DNA from: Candidatus Binataceae bacterium | GTDB lineage: Bacteria > Desulfobacterota > Binatia > Binatales > Binataceae | DNA: 64,000 nucleotides | Direction of reading: 5' to 3' | Assembly (NCBI GenBank): GCA_963803045.1 | Contig: CAWDLC010000014.1 | Location: 114,003 to 178,002 of the forward strand | Shown here: one piece after another, positions 19,661 to 28,829 of the stretch | Layout of the letters: each line of letters starts with the position of its first letter | Position numbering within the stretch: the first letter of the stretch is position 1 | Program-made: the position numbers and the translations under genes | Notes under the pieces: model-generated | The model's database searches: none | The model's input: the letters and a program-made list of their open reading frames with translations, nothing else | What the model was told of the DNA's origin: nothing

Positions 19661-20575
19661 ATGGACGCAAAAACTGTCGCTCTCGCGGGCGGCTCGGGAT
19701 TCATCGGTCGCGCGATCGCACGGCGCCTGCTCGCTTCCGGCGAAACCACGGTGCGCGTGCTAACGCGAAGTCCCCAGGCGGCGCGCGCGCGGCTCGATTT
19801 ACCCGGCGTCGAGTTTGTTCGCGCAGAAATCGGACAGCCCGCATCGCTCAACGATGTGCTCCGGGGCGCGAACATCATCGTCGATGCGATCCAGTTCGAT
19901 GGCTTTCCGGTCGAAAATCCGCGCCGTGGCCTCACCTTCGAGCGAATCGACTACGCTGGCACAGTCGCGCTCATCGACGCGGCGAAGCAGGCCGGCGTAC
20001 AGCAATTCATCTACATCAGCGGCGCCGCCGCTGACGAGAACAGCACCCATCCCGGCTTTCGCGCCAAAGGCCGCGCCGAGCGCGCGATCCGTGAGTCGGG
20101 CCTGACCTACACGATTTTCCGCCCCTCGCTGGTGTACGGACCGGAGGACAAAGTCGTAAACCGTTTCGCCCGCGCACTGCGTTTCGCGCCGGTTTTTGGC
20201 GTGCCCGGCACCGGACGGCAGAAAGTTCAGCCGGTACTCGTCGATGATCTTGCCGCGTGCGTGATGCTCGCGGTGTCGGGGCGCGGCCGTAACGGAACTT
20301 ACGAAATCGGCGGGCCGGATCTGATGACGTTCGACGAGATGATGCGGATCATCATGGACGTGAGCGGACATCGCCGCCCGCTGTTTCATATTCCGGAAGG
20401 CATCATGCGCGCCGTTGGCGGCTGGCTTGAAAAGTTGCCCAAGCCGATGCTGTCGCGCGACGCGGTCACGTTTGTCACGGCTGACAATGCCTGCAACATC
20501 AAGCCGCTAATCGATGAGTTCGGAATAAATCTCACGCCGGCCCGCATCGGGATGGCGTATCTCGCGAAAAAATAA
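19661..20575 (+). CDS. NAD(P)-binding Rossmann protein (NmrA / NDUFA9-like epimerase family)
   Basis: VALAGGSGFIGRAIARRL; ATG at codon 11 of ORF 19631..20575. Confidence 0.7.
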   Translation: MDAKTVALAGGSGFIGRAIARRLLASGETTVRVLTRSPQAARARLDLPGVEFVRAEIGQPASLNDVLRGANIIVDAIQFDGFPVENPRRGLTFERIDYAGTVALIDAAKQAGVQQFIYISGAAADENSTHPGFRAKGRAERAIRESGLTYTIFRPSLVYGPEDKVVNRFARALRFAPVFGVPGTGRQKVQPVLVDDLAACVMLAVSGRGRNGTYEIGGPDLMTFDEMMRIIMDVSGHRRPLFHIPEGIMRAVGGWLEKLPKPMLSRDAVTFVTADNACNIKPLIDEFGINLTPARIGMAYLAKK

Positions 20576-20619
20576 AAATAGCTCCCGCTACAATCGGCGC
20601 CAGCCCGAGCCTGCCGGAT

Positions 20620-21045
20620 TCACTGTTTAATTCCCTGCCGGCGGCATTCCTTGATTTCGTCGCCGGCCACCGCGGCATTCATCAGGCTGAATCGCGCGTG
20701 GCTGTTCAGCCCGCTGGAATCGACATCCTCCTTGATGAAGTATTGCTCGCCCGCGCGCGCATCGAACTTGTACGCCGTCTTTGTGTCGGTCGCGGCCGCG
20801 CAAGTCACCGGTCCGCTGTCCTCGACGAACGCGTAATAACCACCTGGTTCCAATTCAATACTCTCATGCCCGCAGGTGATCATCGGAGTCGCCTCCGAAC
20901 TGAGAACCTTGTACGGCCGGTAAATGTAAATAACGCTCCTGGACGCGGGAATCGCCATCGGCTGATACTCTTCGCCCTGCGCGCCACATCCGGCGAGCAT
21001 CATGCAAACGGCTCCTGCAAGGATTCTTGTCAGCGTACGAATCAT
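20620..21045 (-). CDS. small lipoprotein (DUF2846-like)
   Basis: MIRTLTRILAGAVCMMLAGCG lipobox. Only the 141-aa portion of ORF 20620..21297 is counted. Confidence 0.45.
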   Translation of the reverse strand: MIRTLTRILAGAVCMMLAGCGAQGEEYQPMAIPASRSVIYIYRPYKVLSSEATPMITCGHESIELEPGGYYAFVEDSGPVTCAAATDTKTAYKFDARAGEQYFIKEDVDSSGLNSHARFSLMNAAVAGDEIKECRRQGIKQ

Positions 21046-21053
21046 TCTTTGTC

Positions 21054-21851
21054 TCACGACTTCGATGCGCGAACGTAGAAGAACAGTGGGATGTGATCGC
21101 GAAATTTGCGGAAGGCCTCCGGATCCAGGGCGCACGCGGACTCGGGCGCGCGCGGCTCGCAAATCTCCTCGAGCTGCAGCCCAGCCGCGATCGTCGGGTT
21201 GATGTAATCGGCCAGCGTGCGATCGAAGCGCGGCACGCCGAACTCCTCGACCTGCGACGCGTTGGGCGCGTGACCGAACTTCCAGCGCTCGACCCACGCT
21301 TCGTCGTTGAAGTAATCCGCGACGGTGAATTTGATGGCGTGCCCCGAATCATCCCTGATCCAGCCCATCCCTTTGGTCGCGAAGCATGGATGCAGGATGC
21401 TGAACGCGAGCGTCCCGCCCGGGCGCAGCACGCGTGCCATTTCCCGCATCGCGCCCGGAAAATCAGGACCGTCCATCAGCGCCATTGTCGAGATTACAGT
21501 GTCAAATGATTCCGCCGCCAAAGTTACCAGGTTGCTGAACGACGCCCGTTCGTAGCGGATTCCCAGCGGTTCGCGAAGTTCCTCTTCGCGTGCGAACTCG
21601 ATCATTTTGGCGGACAGATCCACGCCCGTCATGCGAGCGCCGCGCCGCGCGAAGATCCTCGTGTTGTGGCCCTCGCCGCATCCGGCGTCGAGAACGGTCT
21701 TGCCGCCCAAGTCGCCGGCGAATTCCAGGAAAGCGGGATTGTTCCAATGCTCGCGAAAGATGTCCCAACGGTTGCGAACCTGGTCGGCCCACACATCGGC
21801 ATTGCGATCCCATTGCGCGGCGACTTCAGACTCACGAATTTCCGGCGGCAT
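21054..21851 (-). CDS. class I SAM-dependent methyltransferase
   Basis: Motif I VLDAGCGEGHNT; motif post-I GVDLS. Confidence 0.75.
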   Translation of the reverse strand: MPPEIRESEVAAQWDRNADVWADQVRNRWDIFREHWNNPAFLEFAGDLGGKTVLDAGCGEGHNTRIFARRGARMTGVDLSAKMIEFAREEELREPLGIRYERASFSNLVTLAAESFDTVISTMALMDGPDFPGAMREMARVLRPGGTLAFSILHPCFATKGMGWIRDDSGHAIKFTVADYFNDEAWVERWKFGHAPNASQVEEFGVPRFDRTLADYINPTIAAGLQLEEICEPRAPESACALDPEAFRKFRDHIPLFFYVRASKS

Positions 21852-21886
21852 TCTTTCCTCCTGCGCGCAATGGCGATGCGCGATAG

Positions 21887-21917
21887 AAAAAAATGCGGAC
21901 GAGGAAATCTCGTCCGC
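21887..21917 (-). terminator. rho-independent terminator
   Basis: Minus strand reads GCGGACGAG-ATTTC-CTCGTCCGC-A-TTTTTTT. Confidence 0.65.
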
Positions 21918-22128
21918 TAAGGGACCGGGTTGTGGCGGATGAGCAGTCGCACTGCGATCGTCATCCTAAAGATTAGCCAGCATATGCGCGCTGCTCAACG
22001 TTGACAAGAGCGCGGCCCGCCTCGATCGTGAACGCATGAGGGTCGCGCACGGCCTCGCGCTGCGAACGATGCGGGCTGACCCAACCCCTGACCCCTTAAG
22101 GGGAACAATCGCGTTGGGGATGTGAGAG

Positions 22129-22887
22129 TTAGGCGAGGGAGTGGGGGTAGGTGGGCGTGAGTGCCGGCATGTCGAGGCCTAGTTGCTCGCAGCGGCGGGA
22201 AAGCATCGTGACGTATAGCTCGGCGAGTTCTTCATTGTCGCGCGCCTTTAGACCGTAGCGAATGCAATCGTAGGTAAAGCCGGTGCCGGGCGGTCCGAAG
22301 AAATTCACCGCGCGCGGAATCCATCGGCGCAGTGCGTCGTTGACCGGCTCGGCGCCGAAGCGCTCGACGGCGTCGCCAAGTTGCCGCGAGGCGAAGATTT
22401 CATGATCGGTTTCCTCGTCGAGAATTACTTCGGCGGCGCGCGCATGGGGCGCATAGCTGGACTCCCGGTAGTTTTCGCCGATCATGATGAGGCCGGTGAT
22501 GTCGAGGCTCAGCGACGCCATCAGGAGGTCGAGCTCGCCGGCGGCCTTGGCGGCGAAGTAATTGGGCGCATCGAAGGAAGGCGCCTTGAGCACGGAAATC
22601 ATCGATCGGTCGGCGGCTTGCTGGGTAACTCCCAGTTCCTCGAGCGCGTCGTAGATGAGCCGCGCGTGTTTTTTTTCTTCGGCGAAATTTTTCTCGACTG
22701 TGGGACGCAGCGCGGGATTCTCAACGGTCGCGAGCGCGCGCTGGTAGCCGAGCGCAGTGAGTTTCTCGGCCATCGCGTGCGCGGCGAGCAGCCGCAGCAG
22801 CACCCTGGTGTAATGCGGATCGACGCGGCCCTCGTTGAGGGCCGCGGCGTCCAGCGATCGCGGCGGGAACTCGCGCCGGATCGGCAT
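22129..22887 (-). CDS. ferritin-like di-iron protein, PaaA/PaaC (phenylacetyl-CoA oxygenase) family-like
   Basis: Two ExxH motifs (EEKKH, EETDH) in a helical protein. Similarity judged from memory only. Confidence 0.5.
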   Translation of the reverse strand: MPIRREFPPRSLDAAALNEGRVDPHYTRVLLRLLAAHAMAEKLTALGYQRALATVENPALRPTVEKNFAEEKKHARLIYDALEELGVTQQAADRSMISVLKAPSFDAPNYFAAKAAGELDLLMASLSLDITGLIMIGENYRESSYAPHARAAEVILDEETDHEIFASRQLGDAVERFGAEPVNDALRRWIPRAVNFFGPPGTGFTYDCIRYGLKARDNEELAELYVTMLSRRCEQLGLDMPALTPTYPHSLA

Positions 22888-22901
22888 CGCGGTTTACCTC
22901 A

Positions 22902-23357
22902 TCAGCTCGCGGCGCGCGAGGGCAAAATGACAGTAGCGGAGCCGGGGGTGGTTTTTTCGCCCTTGGCGTTCTCCAGCCAGATTTCGCAATCGACCATGTG
23001 ATGGCCGTCTTCGGTGTATTTTTTGGAGACCTTGCCGCGCGCGACGACCTTGGTGCCGGGCTGATCCATCCCGCGGTACTGCACGCCGAGCTTGCGCAGC
23101 CATCCATGCTCGCCGGCGAAGTCGGTCATCAGGTGGCCGAGGAAGGCGTTCTTCAACGCGCCGTGCAGGATCACGCCGGGGAGACCGTTGCCGAGCGCGA
23201 AATCCTTGTCGTAGTGGATTTGATAGAAGTCGCCCGACGCGCCGGCGTACCTGACGAGCTGCTGGGTGGTCGGATTTTTTTCGAGCGGGCCGATCTCAGT
23301 GCCGACTTCGACATCTTCAAAATAAATTTGCTTCGCCATCGTGGGCATCCTTTCCAA
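22902..23357 (-). CDS. MaoC-like (R)-specific enoyl-CoA hydratase/dehydratase
   Basis: Hot-dog fold pattern ...YAGASGDFYQIHYD...GVILHGA... Confidence 0.75.
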   Translation of the reverse strand: MERMPTMAKQIYFEDVEVGTEIGPLEKNPTTQQLVRYAGASGDFYQIHYDKDFALGNGLPGVILHGALKNAFLGHLMTDFAGEHGWLRKLGVQYRGMDQPGTKVVARGKVSKKYTEDGHHMVDCEIWLENAKGEKTTPGSATVILPSRAAS

Positions 23358-23362
23358 TAACT

Positions 23363-23812
23363 CTAGTAACGGATTCCGGTCGAGCGCTGAATGGCGCAGA
23401 CCTCACCGAACTGGTTGGTGTAAGTGGTCTCGACTACAGTGAAGACCATCGGGCCGAGCCGGCCCGGGGCCTCGCGCAAATCGACGAGTTTGGCCTGCGA
23501 GGTGATGCGGTCGCCGGCGCGAATCGGCACCAAGTACTCCCACTCCGAGCCGCCGTCGAGGGCGCGGACGGCCGGCATGTCGAGCTGGATGTTGGGGATC
23601 GGCGCGCCCATCGAGCGGCAGAAGGTGGGCGGCGCGATCATGCCGCAGAAGCGGGTCTTGCGCGCTTCGGCCTCATTGTTGAACAGCGGATTGCGATCTT
23701 CGATCGCCTCGGCGAAGCGGCGAATCGCGCCACGCTCGACCTCGTAAGTGCGTGGCTCGGAGACCTTGCCGATTTGTTTTCGAGCTTCGTCAGTAACGTA
23801 TTTGTTCGCCAT
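23363..23812 (-). CDS. MaoC N-terminal-type dehydratase subunit (HadA-like partner)
   Basis: 149-aa hot-dog-like ORF immediately upstream of the MaoC gene, 5 nt apart. Confidence 0.65.
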   Translation of the reverse strand: MANKYVTDEARKQIGKVSEPRTYEVERGAIRRFAEAIEDRNPLFNNEAEARKTRFCGMIAPPTFCRSMGAPIPNIQLDMPAVRALDGGSEWEYLVPIRAGDRITSQAKLVDLREAPGRLGPMVFTVVETTYTNQFGEVCAIQRSTGIRY

Positions 23813-23972
23813 CGTTTGTTCCCTCGTGGATTATGGATGCATCGGCTATCTATTACCACAGGCGCGCGCGACGGGTATAACGCCGCGTCATTTGCGATTG
23901 GGATGCGCGGGACTAAAATGAGGACCGGCAGGAGCCGACGGTCGCGACCGGCGCCCGGCGGATGATCCCAAG

Positions 23973-24326
23973 ATGGCGAAGCTCAACCCGGAGCAGATCG
24001 CGGAGAGGCTGAAGGCGCTCCCTGGATGGGAGTACAAGAACAACGCCATCAGCAAAATGTTCAAGTTCAAAGAATTTCTGCACGGCATCGGATTCGTGCA
24101 GAGGGTCGCCGAGATCGCCGAGGCCGCCGACCATCATCCCGACATTACGATCAACTACACGCGGGTAACGTTCTCATGCACGACGCACGATGCCGGCGGC
24201 GTGACCGATAAGGACTTCAAGCTGGCGGCCGATATCGAGATCGCACACAACGAGCGCGGCGCGCAGGAATCACCCGGCCAAAGTGATCTCAAGGCCTCTC
24301 AGCTTTTGCGCGGGACGAAGTATTGA
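23973..24326 (+). CDS. pterin-4a-carbinolamine dehydratase
   Basis: LPGWEY...FVQRVAEIAEAADHHPDITINYTRV. Confidence 0.85.
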   Translation: MAKLNPEQIAERLKALPGWEYKNNAISKMFKFKEFLHGIGFVQRVAEIAEAADHHPDITINYTRVTFSCTTHDAGGVTDKDFKLAADIEIAHNERGAQESPGQSDLKASQLLRGTKY

Positions 24327-24937
24327 GTGCCGGCGCCGGCGCGATCAATTTCGCGAATCAGCTCGCCGAGGTCTTCGGGATTCGCGACGAAGTCGATGTC
24401 CGAAGTATCGACGACCAGCAGCGGCGCCTCGTCGTAGTAGAAAAAGAAATCGCGGTAGGCCGATGACACGCGCTCGAGGTAGGTGAAGCTGATGTGGCGC
24501 TCGAAATCACGGTTGCGCTTGCGCAGCCGCTCGGCCAGCACTTCGATGGTCGCGCGCACGTAAACGACGAGGTCGGGCCTGGCCATCTCGGCGTCAAGCA
24601 GCTTGTACACGTTGTCGTAGAGCTTGAGTTCGTCGGGGGCGAGATTCAACGCGGCGAAGATTTTATCCTTGGCGAAGAGATAGTCGGCGACGGTGGCCTG
24701 CGTGAAGAGATCCTGCTGCTTGAGCTCGCGCTGCTGGTTGTGGCGGGTGAGCAGGAAATAAAGCTGCGCGGGAAACGCGTACTTGTCGGGATCCTGGTAG
24801 AAGCGGGGCAGGAACGGGTTGTTGTCGGCATCCTCGAGCATCAGGCGCGCACCCAATTCGCGGGCGAGCGCCTGCGCGAGGCTCGTTTTACCAACCCCGA
24901 TCGGGCCTTCGACCGCGATATAGCCGCGCCGGCGCAT
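24299..24937 (-). CDS. deoxynucleoside kinase
   Basis: P-loop EGPIGVGKTSLA, NPFLPRFYQDP, FPAQLYFLLTR. Its 3' end overlaps the convergent PCD gene by 28 nt. Confidence 0.8.
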   Translation of the reverse strand: MRRRGYIAVEGPIGVGKTSLAQALARELGARLMLEDADNNPFLPRFYQDPDKYAFPAQLYFLLTRHNQQRELKQQDLFTQATVADYLFAKDKIFAALNLAPDELKLYDNVYKLLDAEMARPDLVVYVRATIEVLAERLRKRNRDFERHISFTYLERVSSAYRDFFFYYDEAPLLVVDTSDIDFVANPEDLGELIREIDRAGAGTQYFVPRKS

Positions 24938-25029
24938 CGGGCCTTGATTGTGACACTAGCTCATCGCGGTCGCGAGGGTGGATCGCAAATCCAGATTGAA
25001 GCGGGGCAGGTGAGGGCCACGCATGCCAG

Positions 25030-25887
25030 TCACTTGCGATGCTTCTTGGCCTGGTCGCGGAGTTTGCGAACCTCGTCGTCGGGCGCGCCGCCGCGATCTT
25101 CCAAATCGGCGGCAGTGTCATAATCGGGCGGAGTCTTGCGCAGGTACACCTGGGCAAATTCGATGTTGGCGATCTTGTCGTCGGGATAGATGGCGATCAC
25201 GTCATTGAACAGCTTGAACGTCGCATCGGGCGTGCCTGCGGCCTTGGCCGCATCGTTGATCTTGTGCATCATCGGGTCTGCCTCGGGCCCGAGCGTTTCC
25301 ATCTTGTGCGCCCTGGCCAGGAGCATCGCAGCCCGGATGCCCTGTTCGTAAATATTAATGGCGTCGGCGTACTTCTTGTCCTGGACCTGCTGGTCGCCCA
25401 GTTTTTCGATGATCGGGATCGCATCGGCGAGCGCGCTTACCGCTTTTTGACGGGCCGCCGGGATCTTGGTAGTGAGCATGATGTCCTTGAGAGCGCGGAC
25501 GCCATCCTCGACCTTGCCCGCCTTGATGTCATCGAGCGCCTTGCCCGAAGAATTCGCCATGGCCTCGAGCTGCTTGTAGAGCCGAGTCTTGTCGAGGAGT
25601 TTCTGATCGGTGGGATCGAGTGCCGAGGCGGCGTCGTACTCGCGCGCCGCGCCTTCTTCGTCGCCAAGGGCTTCATCGATATGGGCGAGAGATTTGTGCG
25701 CGTCGAGGCTGGTGGGATCGGCCTTTATCGACAGCTGAAGTTCTTTTTTGGCGCCATCGAGATCGCGTTTTTCGAACAGATCTTCAGCTTTGTATAGATG
25801 ACGCTTCGCCTCGGACTGGCATCCGCTGACGAACGGGATGGCCAGCAGGACGGGCAGTACCAGCGCGCGCACGATAGCTGTTCGCAT
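25030..25887 (-). CDS. TPR-repeat lipoprotein
   Basis: Lipobox LAIPFVSGC followed by helical repeats. Confidence 0.6.
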   Translation of the reverse strand: MRTAIVRALVLPVLLAIPFVSGCQSEAKRHLYKAEDLFEKRDLDGAKKELQLSIKADPTSLDAHKSLAHIDEALGDEEGAAREYDAASALDPTDQKLLDKTRLYKQLEAMANSSGKALDDIKAGKVEDGVRALKDIMLTTKIPAARQKAVSALADAIPIIEKLGDQQVQDKKYADAINIYEQGIRAAMLLARAHKMETLGPEADPMMHKINDAAKAAGTPDATFKLFNDVIAIYPDDKIANIEFAQVYLRKTPPDYDTAADLEDRGGAPDDEVRKLRDQAKKHRK

Positions 25888-26011
25888 CAGAGTGTTCCTC
25901 TCAGGGTTTGGCGAAATCCGGATGAGTCTGCAAGCAATGGCGCGGAATTGTCAAGGCGAAATGCGACGGGCGCCAGCAGCGCCAGATGCTTGGCGGGAAT
26001 CGCGGCGCGGC

Positions 26012-26953
26012 TCAGTCGGCGGGCATCGGCAGTGAGAAATGCACCCGCTCCTTGGCGACGCTGAGCAGCTCGACCTCGGCGCCCGAGCGCGCGAACGCAC
26101 CGATAATTTCCTCGACCAGCCACTCGGGAGAGGACGCGCTGGCGGTCAGGCCGAGCGCGCGCACACCGTCGAGCATCGCGGGCTCGACGTCGGCGATCGA
26201 ATCGACCAGGAACGCGCGCGCGCCGCGCATTCGCGCGACCTCGACCAGCCGATTCGCGTTTGAACTCTGCTTCGAGCCGACCACCAGGACCGCATCGCTG
26301 ACCTGCACCAGTTCCTTGACCGCGTTCTGGCGGTTTTGGGTCGCGTAGCAGATGTCGTCGCTCTTGGGCGCCTGCATCGAGGGGAAACGCTGCTTGAGCG
26401 CCTCCATGATCTCGCGAGTGTCGTCGACGCTGAGCGTGGTCTGCGTGACAGCCGCGATGCGCTCGGGGTTCTCGACTTCGACGGTGCGCACCTCGCTCAC
26501 GCTGCCGACCAGCACCACCTTGCCGGGCGCGACGCCCAGCGTGCCCTTTACTTCCTCGTGGCCGGCATGGCCGATGAGGATCACGGTGCGGCCCTCGTCG
26601 TCGTATTTCTTGACTTCGAGATGAACCTTGGTGACGAGCGGGCAGGTGGCGTCGATAACGCGCAGAGCGCGATCCCTGGCGCGGTCCCATTCGCTGGGCG
26701 CGACGCCATGAGCGCTGAAGATCACGCGCTGGCCGGCGGGAACCTCGTCGAGGCTCTCGACAAAAATCGCGCCTTCTTTTTCGAGCGCTTCGAGGACGAA
26801 ACGGTTGTGGACGATCTGATGGCGCACGTAGAGCGGGCGGCCATAGGAGCGCAGCGCGCTGCGGACCGCCTCGACCGCGCGATCGACGCCGGCGCAGAAG
26901 CCGCGCGGTTCAGCGAGGATGATTTTTTCGACCAATGTTTCGCCCAACGCCAT
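26012..26953 (-). CDS. ispH: 4-hydroxy-3-methylbut-2-enyl diphosphate reductase
   Basis: IILAEPRGFCAGVDRAVE, HNRFV, ATCPLVTKVH. ATG at codon 13 of ORF 26012..26989. Confidence 0.9.
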   Translation of the reverse strand: MALGETLVEKIILAEPRGFCAGVDRAVEAVRSALRSYGRPLYVRHQIVHNRFVLEALEKEGAIFVESLDEVPAGQRVIFSAHGVAPSEWDRARDRALRVIDATCPLVTKVHLEVKKYDDEGRTVILIGHAGHEEVKGTLGVAPGKVVLVGSVSEVRTVEVENPERIAAVTQTTLSVDDTREIMEALKQRFPSMQAPKSDDICYATQNRQNAVKELVQVSDAVLVVGSKQSSNANRLVEVARMRGARAFLVDSIADVEPAMLDGVRALGLTASASSPEWLVEEIIGAFARSGAEVELLSVAKERVHFSLPMPAD

Positions 26954-27007
26954 CTGATCTTTGTAACTGGTTACTGTCCGCCCGGTCAATAATAGGCGCC
27001 GAGGTGC

Positions 27008-27709
27008 CTATTCAAGCGCGGGTGGATGCGAGGTTTGGCAGCCGACCCATACCTCGCCGCCCTGGAAATACTCTTTTTTCCAAATCGGTACGATTTCCTT
27101 CAACCGATCGATTGCGAACCTGCACGCCTCGAATGCTTCTGCGCGATGCGCCGCCGAGACCGCAATCGCCACCGAAGTTTCGCCGGCCTCGACGACGCCG
27201 ATGCGATGCGCGATCGCGATGCGCACGATTTTCCATCGCGCGCCGGCCTCGGCCGCGAGCTTGCGCATCTCGGACAGCGCCATCGGCTCGTAGGCTTCGT
27301 ACTCGAGGCGAATCACGATGCGGCCTGCGTTGTCGCGGCGAGTGGTGCCGACGAACGATACGATTGCGCCGGCCGCAGGGTCGGCAACTTCGCGTTCCAG
27401 CGCGGCTAAGTCGATCGGATGGCGGCCGATGGTGATTTTGCCGACGTACGCGGGCGTGTCAGCGCCGCCGCCGACGGGCGGAATGAAGGCAATTTCGTCG
27501 CCTTTGCGCGGCTCGAAGCTGCCTTTGACATATTCCAGGTTAACCGCGAATCCAACTGAGTCGTGATGCCCGCCGAGCGCGGGAAATTCGCCGACCAGAT
27601 GCTTCCAGATCTCGGCGACTGTTGTGCCGTCGGGAAACTCGCGCGTCAGCTCGGCAGCATGCGCCCGCTCGCGAAGCGTCGCGAACAGTTTGATCGTGAA
27701 GCGATTCAT
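27008..27709 (-). CDS. fused molybdopterin synthase MoaD-MoaE
   Basis: The MoaD half ends ...EIAFIPPVGGG and runs in frame into MoaE (AGAIVSFVGTTR, IAIAHRIG, IWKKE). ATGA overlap with moaB. Confidence 0.8.
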   Translation of the reverse strand: MNRFTIKLFATLRERAHAAELTREFPDGTTVAEIWKHLVGEFPALGGHHDSVGFAVNLEYVKGSFEPRKGDEIAFIPPVGGGADTPAYVGKITIGRHPIDLAALEREVADPAAGAIVSFVGTTRRDNAGRIVIRLEYEAYEPMALSEMRKLAAEAGARWKIVRIAIAHRIGVVEAGETSVAIAVSAAHRAEAFEACRFAIDRLKEIVPIWKKEYFQGGEVWVGCQTSHPPALE

Positions 27710-28203
27710 AGACTCAGCAGCCAGGCGATGTGCCCGAGTTCGGGGAGCAGCAGCTTCTCCATCGCAAGCCGGCACGCGTCGGGGGAGCCGGGAATCGCAG
27801 CAACGAACCTGCCATGGCGCACTCCGGCAACAGCACGGCTCGTCATCGCGGCCGGACCGATTTCCTGAAACGAAAGCATCCGGAACAGTTCGCCGAAGCC
27901 TTCGAGCTCCTTGTCGATCACCGACTTCACGACTTCGGCGGTGCCGTCTCGCGCGGTAATACCGGTGCCGCCGTTGACGATAATCGCATCGAGATTCTCC
28001 AAATTATTGACCAGCGCGGCGGAAATCTTCTCACCGTCGTCCGGCAGGATTTCGTAGTAGGCCACCAGGTGACCGGCTTCCTCGAGCAAAGTGCGGATGA
28101 GCTTGCCGCTCTCGTCAGTTTCCGGGGTGCGCGAATCACTGGTGGTGATGACGCCGACCTTGAGATTTGCGCGCGCGTGTCTTTGGTGATCGTGGACCGA
28201 CAT
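27706..28203 (-). CDS. moaB: molybdenum cofactor biosynthesis protein B
   Basis: KVGVITTSDSR...IIVNGGTGITARD. Confidence 0.8.
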   Translation of the reverse strand: MSVHDHQRHARANLKVGVITTSDSRTPETDESGKLIRTLLEEAGHLVAYYEILPDDGEKISAALVNNLENLDAIIVNGGTGITARDGTAEVVKSVIDKELEGFGELFRMLSFQEIGPAAMTSRAVAGVRHGRFVAAIPGSPDACRLAMEKLLLPELGHIAWLLSL

Positions 28204-28302
28204 GCGGATTAGGATTACACAACCCCGGCCGCCATTATAAGCAGCACGCGTCCGCGATGCTCGCGGCGGAAATCAAAAAAAATTGCCCCGCCCCGCGAGT
28301 TA

Positions 28303-28506
28303 TTACCGCAGGCGCAGGTTAAATGCCTGACGGCCCTTCTCGCCCGGACGGACGTCGAACTGAACTTCGTTGCCCTCGCGCAGGTCTTCGAAATAGACCT
28401 TGGGCGACAACGCCGAGCGATGAAAGAAAACTTCGTCGCCGCCGTCGTCCGCGATGATGAAGCCGAAGCCCTTGTCCTTGATTACCTTCTTGATTGTGCC
28501 AAACAC
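28303..28506 (-). CDS. cold-shock protein (CspA family)
   Basis: RNP1 KGFGFI, RNP2 VFFH; 67 aa. Confidence 0.9.
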   Translation of the reverse strand: MFGTIKKVIKDKGFGFIIADDGGDEVFFHRSALSPKVYFEDLREGNEVQFDVRPGEKGRQAFNLRLR

Positions 28507-28595
28507 GCGATCCTCCGCCGACGATGTAGCACCGGCGCCTTGAGCTTACGACGCTGACGATTTAAGTAAAGAGCGTTCCCGCACGAGGCGCGCTC

Positions 28596-28829
28596 ATGCT
28601 CAAGGCCGTCACATTGAAGGAAATTGAAAGAATTTTCGCAGTGATCGATCCGATGGGAATTTCGCGCGAGGCGGTTGTGATTCCGCTCCGCACCGAGCAT
28701 CCGGGGCGCGTCTCGATTTTGAAAGACGGCAAGTTGGAGATAGTCGTTGAGCGCGACGGCGATTTCGAGGATTGGATCACGCATCTCGGGGCGTGGATTC
28801 GCGAACTGATGAAGCCGGAGACGGACTAA
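28596..28829 (+). CDS. hypothetical small protein
   Basis: 77-aa ORF with lower GC. Its 3' end overlaps the convergent BCCP gene by 53 nt. Confidence 0.3.
   Translation: MLKAVTLKEIERIFAVIDPMGISREAVVIPLRTEHPGRVSILKDGKLEIVVERDGDFEDWITHLGAWIRELMKPETD

Noticed and set aside
28204-28302. Possible Moco riboswitch or csp terminator between csp and moaB.
   Set aside because: Only a T8 run without a convincing preceding hairpin is present. The spacer is too short and lacks the conserved Moco-motif sequences I remember.
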